From Candidatus Micrarchaeota archaeon (GTDB lineage: Archaea; Micrarchaeota; Micrarchaeia; Anstonellales; Bilamarchaeaceae), in assembly GCA_030648615.1 (NCBI GenBank), contig JAUSHJ010000040.1, forward strand, positions 6,769-70,768: a stretch of 64,000 bases of DNA, in the 5' to 3' direction. A program made the position numbers and the translations under genes. How positions within the stretch are numbered: the stretch's first letter is position 1; each line of letters begins with the position of its first letter. The notes below the pieces were generated by a model. The model saw only the letters and a list, made by a program, of their open reading frames with translations, searched no databases and was not told the origin of the DNA. Positions 58,224 through 64,000 of this stretch are shown piece by piece.

Positions 58224-58832
58224 TTGTCATCAAGAAAAATAATCCTACCAGGAGATAGAATATCAGATAAAGTTTTGCGTATGCCGAACACTTATATTGA
58301 AAATGAAATGACCTACGCAGCCGTAGTTGGAATGTCAGATGAAACCGGAAAATTTATTTCTTTGGAATCCTGCTATAAGCCTGTATTTGAAGATGTTTTG
58401 ATTGGCATAGTGACTGATGTGAGACATTCTGGCTATAGTGTAGATATTAATCTTCCATCATCAGCATTTGTTTCTGCAAGAGATATGCGGACTCCTCTTA
58501 ATGCCGGTGACGTCATAGCAGCAAAAGTAGTTGATGTTGATGAAGTGGGTGAAGTTTCACTTGGAGATATAAGAAAGTTGCCAAGGGGAGAAATAATTAC
58601 TTTTCCACCTTCAAAAGTTCCAAGATTAATCGGACGGAAAAGTAGCATGCTTCTTTTGATAAAAGAGCATGTGGGTGGAGAATTAATCGTAGGAAACAAT
58701 GGTTTTGTTTGGGTCAGCGAGAGTGCGGATATTCCTCTAGTATATAAGGCAGTAAATCTTGTAATAGAGAAGGCACATTTAACTGGACTTACTGATAATA
58801 TGCAGGAATTTTTAATCGCGAATAAAAAATAA
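58224..58832 (+). CDS. rrp4: exosome subunit Rrp4
   Basis: S1 plus KH (KVPRLIGRKSSM, GNNG.VW); TTG start after GGAGG. Confidence 0.9.
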   Translation: MSSRKIILPGDRISDKVLRMPNTYIENEMTYAAVVGMSDETGKFISLESCYKPVFEDVLIGIVTDVRHSGYSVDINLPSSAFVSARDMRTPLNAGDVIAAKVVDVDEVGEVSLGDIRKLPRGEIITFPPSKVPRLIGRKSSMLLLIKEHVGGELIVGNNGFVWVSESADIPLVYKAVNLVIEKAHLTGLTDNMQEFLIANKK

Positions 58833-58904
58833 TGTTATAAATGATTTTTATGGGATCGAGGAAATTAGGTAAATTTCCGAGATAATAATTTTGGGTGAAA
58901 AATT

Positions 58905-59654
58905 ATGGGAAACGCTAATCCGAATGTAAAACTTATGAAAGATGGTAAAAGGTTGGACGGTAGAAGTTCGACAGACATACGAAAAATTAGAATAGAAGTT
59001 GGTATATTGCCAAATGCAGCCGGTTCTGCTTTTATTGAATGGGGCGGCAACAAAATAATTTGTGGTGTGCAGGGTCCAAGAGAATGTATCCCTAAACATG
59101 GTGCTGATCCTTACAAAGCAGTAGTAAAATGCAGATATATGATGGCTCCATTTGCTTCCCATGATGAACATGGAAGAAGCGGACCTAACAGAAGAAGTAA
59201 TGAATTATCGAAAGTTATTCGTGAAGTGTTCGAAAGTTTAATAATTACCGAAGCATTTCCTAAAACTCAAATAGATATTTACATTGAAGTCCTTCAGGCA
59301 GAAGGTGGTACACGAGTTGCAGCAGTTACTGTAGCTGCAGTCGCTCTTTCCAATGCCGGAATACCTATGAAAGATATGGTTTCTGCAGTAGCAGTTGGGA
59401 AAGCAGACGGTGAAGTAATTGCCGATTTGAGCAGAGAGGAAGATAACTTTGGTCAGAGTGATGTACCTGTGGCATTTTCTAATAGGGATGGTAATATATT
59501 ATTATTACAGATGGATGGTCTCATGACACGCGGAGAGCTTGGAAAAGCTATGGATATAGCACAGGAGTCAAGCAAGAAACTTTACAAATTGCAGACTGAT
59601 GCTTTGAAAGAATATTACGAGAAACCACACGGAGCAAAGAAATTCCAGTTGTAA
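58905..59654 (+). CDS. rrp41: exosome subunit Rrp41
   Basis: RLDGR, GPRE, QAEGGTR, EEDNFGQSD. Confidence 0.95.
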   Translation: MGNANPNVKLMKDGKRLDGRSSTDIRKIRIEVGILPNAAGSAFIEWGGNKIICGVQGPRECIPKHGADPYKAVVKCRYMMAPFASHDEHGRSGPNRRSNELSKVIREVFESLIITEAFPKTQIDIYIEVLQAEGGTRVAAVTVAAVALSNAGIPMKDMVSAVAVGKADGEVIADLSREEDNFGQSDVPVAFSNRDGNILLLQMDGLMTRGELGKAMDIAQESSKKLYKLQTDALKEYYEKPHGAKKFQL

Positions 59655-59691
59655 AATTTGTCGGATGAATATATTTATTGAGGTGTAACAC

Positions 59692-60483
59692 ATGGGTGAA
59701 GAATTTAAGGATATTGTACTGCATCAAATGCGAAAAGACATGATGGTAAAAACATTCAAAACTGGTCAGAGATTTGACGGAAGAAAATTCGATGAACTAA
59801 GGCCATTAGAGATTCAGAAAGGAAATATACATACTGCTGAAGCATCATCTTTGGTAAAATTAGGTTTGACTCAGGTTCTTGTTGGAATAAAATTTGATGT
59901 TTTAACTCCATTTGCAGACCGACCAGATGAAGGTGTGATAATGAGTAATGCTGAACTTTCACCAGTGGCATCTCCAACTTTCGAGACTGGTCCGCCAGAT
60001 GAAAATTCCATTGAATTGGCAAGAGTAGTCGATCGCGGAATAAGGAGTGCAGAATGTATTAATCTCAAATCATTATTTATTGAAGAAGGAAAAGTCCTAG
60101 CAGTATTTATAGATATTTATGCACTTAATCATGCTGGAAATTTAGTAGATGCTGCTTCCATAGCTGCTATTGCTGCATTAACCGATGCTAAAATGCCAAA
60201 GGTAGAAAATGGAAAAATTGTTCGTGGTGAATTTACTGGTAAGTTGCCTCTAAGCTCTTTACCAGTTGCAGTTACATCTATTAAATGCTCAGATTATTGG
60301 CTTGTTGATCCTTCTTTAGAGGAAGAATACGTCAAGGAAAGCAAGATAACCATTGCTACTACGGATAAGCACGTGTGTGCGATTCAGAAGGGAAAAGGCA
60401 CAATGACCAGAAAAGAGCTGGATAATGCAATAGAAATAGCTTTTAAAAGAGGAGATGACATAAGAAATGTGTTAAAACATTAG
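59692..60483 (+). CDS. rrp42: exosome subunit Rrp42
   Basis: RFDGR, ELARVVDRGIR, DPSLEEE. Confidence 0.95.
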   Translation: MGEEFKDIVLHQMRKDMMVKTFKTGQRFDGRKFDELRPLEIQKGNIHTAEASSLVKLGLTQVLVGIKFDVLTPFADRPDEGVIMSNAELSPVASPTFETGPPDENSIELARVVDRGIRSAECINLKSLFIEEGKVLAVFIDIYALNHAGNLVDAASIAAIAALTDAKMPKVENGKIVRGEFTGKLPLSSLPVAVTSIKCSDYWLVDPSLEEEYVKESKITIATTDKHVCAIQKGKGTMTRKELDNAIEIAFKRGDDIRNVLKH

Positions 60484-60541
60484 AATTATTGCTCAATTTG
60501 GCAGGTCGCTAAACGCGACAGCCGATAAAAAGGTGTATACT

Positions 60542-60775
60542 ATGAGAACTCCAAGATACGGTGCAAGAATAAGGAAACTTCATGATGCTGCTATTAAGGC
60601 AAAAACATCACGTTACGAATGTCCAAAATGTGGAAAATTGAAGATGGTGCATAAGTCATTTTCAATTTGGGCATGCAAGTCATGCGAATCAATCTTCACA
60701 GGGGGAGCATATACGTTCTCTACGGAAGCAGGAAATCTTGCAAAACGCTTGATACAAAGTTATGCTAAATTGTAA
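60542..60775 (+). CDS. rpl37ae: 50S ribosomal protein L37ae (eL43)
   Basis: RYGARIRK, CPKC..W.CKSC...GGAY. Confidence 0.95.
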   Translation: MRTPRYGARIRKLHDAAIKAKTSRYECPKCGKLKMVHKSFSIWACKSCESIFTGGAYTFSTEAGNLAKRLIQSYAKL

Positions 60776-60906
60776 TTGAAGAAAAATTGGTGATAGCATC
60801 AGCTTCCGCAACGTGCTGAAGTTAATCACGAATCAGTTGCGGTATAGAAGGGCGGTTGTTCTGCCAAGTATGTACTAAGAATTTGAAGAAAAACAGGTGA
60901 ACTATT

Positions 60907-61044
60907 ATGGGCGAATATAAAGATGTAAAAACTGGAACCGTAGTTGTTATTGCAGATGAAAAGAATTTTCAGTTTCCAACAACAGGTGCAAAGATGCTTC
61001 TTAAGTGCAGGCCTCCAATTGCAAAAGAAGTTAGGACTGATTGA
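60907..61044 (+). CDS. rpoP: RNA polymerase subunit P (Rpo12), zinc ligands lost; missing from the ORF track
   Basis: MGEYKDVKTGTVVVIADEKNFQFPTTGAKMLLKCRPPIAKEVRTD; syntenic position; GGTGA RBS. Confidence 0.8.
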   Translation: MGEYKDVKTGTVVVIADEKNFQFPTTGAKMLLKCRPPIAKEVRTD

Positions 61045-61066
61045 ATTCTGGTTAAATATTGATTAA

Positions 61067-61339
61067 ATGTTAGTCACTACTAGCAGATATTCTTCCCAAG
61101 CTACCAGGAATTTTGCAAAAAATTTTGCGAAAATAATTTCCTGCAAATATGTAGCAAGAGGAAAAAAAGCAATTGATTCTCTAGTGTTATTAGCTCGAAA
61201 AAATGGCGATGATAAAATCTGTGTTGCAATTGAAAAATCATCTCTTCTAGATCATCTTGAATTTCTCACAATAAAACCAAATTTAAAATGGTCTTGGGAA
61301 ATAGACCAGGTGCCAGTAAAACATGAATCTGAAAATTGA
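61067..61339 (+). CDS. short Brix/Imp4-like protein
   Basis: MLVTTSR..S..TR.FAK...RGK. Confidence 0.8.
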   Translation: MLVTTSRYSSQATRNFAKNFAKIISCKYVARGKKAIDSLVLLARKNGDDKICVAIEKSSLLDHLEFLTIKPNLKWSWEIDQVPVKHESEN

Positions 61340-61568
61340 AAGTGTGCTTACTGTAATTGCAGAAGATGAAAAAACTGCAATAGCAATTGTTGCTGCACTG
61401 AAGCACGAAGAAGATTTTAAAAAACGTTCTATTTCATCTTTAAAAATTGATAAAAACAAAATAATCATAAATGTTGGCGGAGATGATGTCGTAGCAGTAC
61501 GCGCATCTTTAAATGCTTACCTGCGTGATTTGCAGGTGTTTGAAGGAGTAAATAAAATCGAAAGTTAA
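61323..61568 (+). CDS. pcc1: KEOPS subunit Pcc1
   Basis: RS..I...D..A.RASLNAYLR; syntenic position. Confidence 0.85.
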   Translation: MNLKIESVLTVIAEDEKTAIAIVAALKHEEDFKKRSISSLKIDKNKIIINVGGDDVVAVRASLNAYLRDLQVFEGVNKIES

Positions 61569-61933
61569 TGGAGGAGAAACCTATGCAGAAAACTGATCCA
61601 GAACTGGAAAAATCTTTAATGGAATACGATAATTTGGAAAAACAATTACAAGTTTTAGTACTTCAAAAACATCAATTACAGCTACAGTTAAATGAAATAG
61701 GATTAGCAGAAGAAGAGCTCAAGAAGGCCAAGGGAGAAATCTACAAATCAATGGGCGTAGTTATGGTAAAGAGCAATAAGGAAGATGCTGATAAGGATCT
61801 TAAGGAAAGAAAAGATCTTGTGACTATGCGGGTTGGTAGCATGGCAAAGCAGGAGGAAAAGCTCAGAGCATCGCTTACTATATTACAGAAGAAACTTCAG
61901 GATAAAATGAAAAGTTATCCGGGAAGTTCGTAG
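61568..61933 (+). CDS. pfdB: prefoldin beta subunit
   Basis: Coiled coils with IYKSMG.VMVK hairpin; syntenic position. Confidence 0.9.
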   Translation: MEEKPMQKTDPELEKSLMEYDNLEKQLQVLVLQKHQLQLQLNEIGLAEEELKKAKGEIYKSMGVVMVKSNKEDADKDLKERKDLVTMRVGSMAKQEEKLRASLTILQKKLQDKMKSYPGSS

Positions 61934-61934
61934 A

Positions 61935-61969
61935 GTTAAGGGTTTCCAGTCTAGCGTTTAGAGTCTGGT
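61935..61969 (+). repeat. heptamer array followed by T-rich terminator-like tract
   Basis: gttaagg gtttcca gtctagc gtttaga gtctggt. Confidence 0.7.
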
Positions 61970-62054
61970 TTTTTTTATTTTTTCTATTTTCTTTTTATTT
62001 TTTAAACAAAACTTAAAAATGATAAAACATCTATTTCAATTGCGGTAGTTCTGC

Positions 62055-62160
62055 AGGTGCTTCTGGTGCTGCATCTAATAGTTGTAGGGTAGCTTCTAGA
62101 TGATACAGATTATTCTTGAGAGTTGCGAGGTGCTTCTGGTGCTGCATCTAATAGTTGTAG
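62055..62160. repeat. 33-bp exact direct repeat duplicating the 3' end of the 62110-62901 gene
   Basis: aggtgcttctggtgctgcatctaatagttgtag at 62055 and 62128. Confidence 0.9.
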
Positions 62161-62901
62161 AGTAGACTGATTTTCTCTAATTGTCGTTTGTATCGTAGTA
62201 AGAACTGCATTGTATAATGGTGCAAGTGTCGATTCGGTTTCACCTACTAACGGTAATTCAAGAATAACTTGAGGTTTTGTTACTAACAATATCGTAACTA
62301 CCCTCAATCTATCGCTATACCATTGCAATGCTCCAGCTAGTTCGTTTGGATTCAGATGACTTTCTAATATTTCTTTTAATTTTTCAGGGTCTGGGTTTTC
62401 AATGCCATACGCTTTTTTCATAACACTCAATAGGACCCTGCCCCCTGTAATCTCAATCCCTTTGGCCATAGCTTCATCGCTTATTTTTGATCCTATGATT
62501 GCTAACAACGAAGCAGTAGCTCCTATAATTTTAACGACCTTTGCCTTTGCAACTCCATCTAAAGAAGGTAGCATATTAACTATGATCCCTTGCATCGAAT
62601 ATATTCCTCTTCCTATACTATTGGCATTTGGACTTATGTTTAATTCCTTAGCTAGTACCTGTTCTCTTCCAGCCTTTAGTTCATCTATTACTACTTGGAA
62701 TATTTTTGCCAGTTCTCTGTCTGTTAAATTCTTTTTTATCTCAGTTTTCGAAGTTGGTTGTTTAGTATTTACGTTTGCAAACACCGGTGGTGCAGCTAAC
62801 AATAATGCTGTCGTTGCAGCAATTACTGTCCTTAACGGTCTAGAACTCAAACTTCTCCTTGTTAATATATTCTTACCTTTAGAATCATGTAGTCTGTGCA
62901 T
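62110..62901 (-). CDS. hypothetical exported protein
   Basis: TRR then hydrophobic signal ending VFA. Confidence 0.65.
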   Translation of the reverse strand: MHRLHDSKGKNILTRRSLSSRPLRTVIAATTALLLAAPPVFANVNTKQPTSKTEIKKNLTDRELAKIFQVVIDELKAGREQVLAKELNISPNANSIGRGIYSMQGIIVNMLPSLDGVAKAKVVKIIGATASLLAIIGSKISDEAMAKGIEITGGRVLLSVMKKAYGIENPDPEKLKEILESHLNPNELAGALQWYSDRLRVVTILLVTKPQVILELPLVGETESTLAPLYNAVLTTIQTTIRENQSTLQLLDAAPEAPRNSQE

Positions 62902-63025
62902 AAAATTATTATGCCACGTAACATTTATAAATATACATTTTACTAATAATTACAACATTAACTACAAATGCAATATTCTTTGGATTAGCAGGTATTTTTT
63001 AAACATTCTTCCCTAATTTCTAATC

Positions 63026-63985
63026 ATGTCAAACACACTAATCAGTCTAAAGAAAAAATTCTCCGCATTCCTTGCAAAAAACAAGAATAAGAAATTTGTG
63101 ATCTGTCCTCATTCAAAGGCAGATATAGATGCGATTAGTTCTGCCTATGGACTTGCAAGTGCATTCAAGAATTCTGTAATTGCTCTACCTGACGATTTAA
63201 ATGAATCTGCAAAAACTCTTGTTAAATACTTAGGAATCAGATACGAGTTACTCTCTGATTTAGACAAATCTAAATTCGATGGAATGATTGTTGCAGATAC
63301 AAGTGCTTACACTTTAATAAAACCAGCAAAGGATTGGAATGTTGTTACAATCATTGATCATCACAAGGCAAATGGCAGAGATATGTCTGCACCTACGGAA
63401 ATATTTGATGAAATGTCACCGTCATGCGCAGAAATTGTTGCAAATATTATTCCTAAAATAAATGATGAGAAAATTGCATTTGCTTTAGCCTGCGGAATTG
63501 TGGCAGACACTGCCAGGTTCAAGAACGGAAGAGAAAAAACATTTGAAACCTTAGCAAAATTGATCAAAACCTCAAAATCTACTTATTTAGAAATACTAGA
63601 TTATTCTGAGCCTGAGCTTACAGTGGATGCTAAAGTTGCAGTAATGCGTGCATTCAAACGTATGACCTATACGGTAGTTGCAAATTACGTAATAGCAACC
63701 AGTGAAACAGGGAGCAATGAAAGCGATACTGCTGCTCACCTGAGTAATATCGTAGATGTTGCATTTGTTGCAAGCTACAAGGAGATGGAAGGAGAATGCA
63801 GAATGTCTGCACGGGGAAGAAAAACCATTTCAGTGCCTTTGAACGAAGTTTGTAAGACTGTCGCAGTTTCTCTAGGTGGCAACGGTGGCGGGCATGCAAA
63901 AGCTGCTGGTTTATCAGTTCCAAAAGGTGACCCTGGAATAGTTTTAAAGAGATGCGTAGAAGAGTTCATTGGGAGGATTAGATAA
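63026..63985 (+). CDS. DHH/DHHA1 phosphoesterase
   Basis: H..AD.D, DHH, GIVADT, GGGHAKAAG. Confidence 0.93.
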   Translation: MSNTLISLKKKFSAFLAKNKNKKFVICPHSKADIDAISSAYGLASAFKNSVIALPDDLNESAKTLVKYLGIRYELLSDLDKSKFDGMIVADTSAYTLIKPAKDWNVVTIIDHHKANGRDMSAPTEIFDEMSPSCAEIVANIIPKINDEKIAFALACGIVADTARFKNGREKTFETLAKLIKTSKSTYLEILDYSEPELTVDAKVAVMRAFKRMTYTVVANYVIATSETGSNESDTAAHLSNIVDVAFVASYKEMEGECRMSARGRKTISVPLNEVCKTVAVSLGGNGGGHAKAAGLSVPKGDPGIVLKRCVEEFIGRIR

Positions 63986-64000
63986 TATGACAACTATTCA

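Noticed and set aside
62402-63016. 204-aa plus-strand ORF
   Set aside because: Antisense shadow of 62110-62901, which has a signal peptide.

Overview
AT-rich archaeal chromosome segment. Gene content (PolD, Cdc6, exosome superoperon, LonB, gyrase, multi-intron tRNAs, Cys-rich surface protein) suggests a DPANN/Micrarchaeota-like organism; this is inferred, not searched. It carries cdc6 (LAGLIDADG intein), glycine cleavage plus lipoate genes, PolD DP1/DP2 (mini-intein), cysS, gyrB/gyrA (HNH intein), lonB and the SBDS-rrp4-rrp41-rrp42-L37ae-Rpo12-Pcc1-prefoldin cluster. Main signals outside the ORF track: (1) a dispersed system of short modular hairpins, built from a few reused units and arranged in arrays of 2-8, inserted intergenically, in-frame in genes and in a tRNA intron, three times at a duplicated AACCA/TGGTT site, and intertwined with GT-initial heptamer arrays; (2) three tRNA genes broken by 4, 2 and 3 BHB introns, including a four-intron initiator tRNA-Met; (3) a DP2 intein ending in Arg instead of Asn/Gln; (4) an Rpo12 lacking all zinc-binding cysteines; (5) several apparent ATA/ATT starts; (6) tandem beta-carbonic-anhydrase-like genes with motifs in permuted order; (7) possible DGR-type target genes. 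All calls come from reading the sequence; no searches were run.
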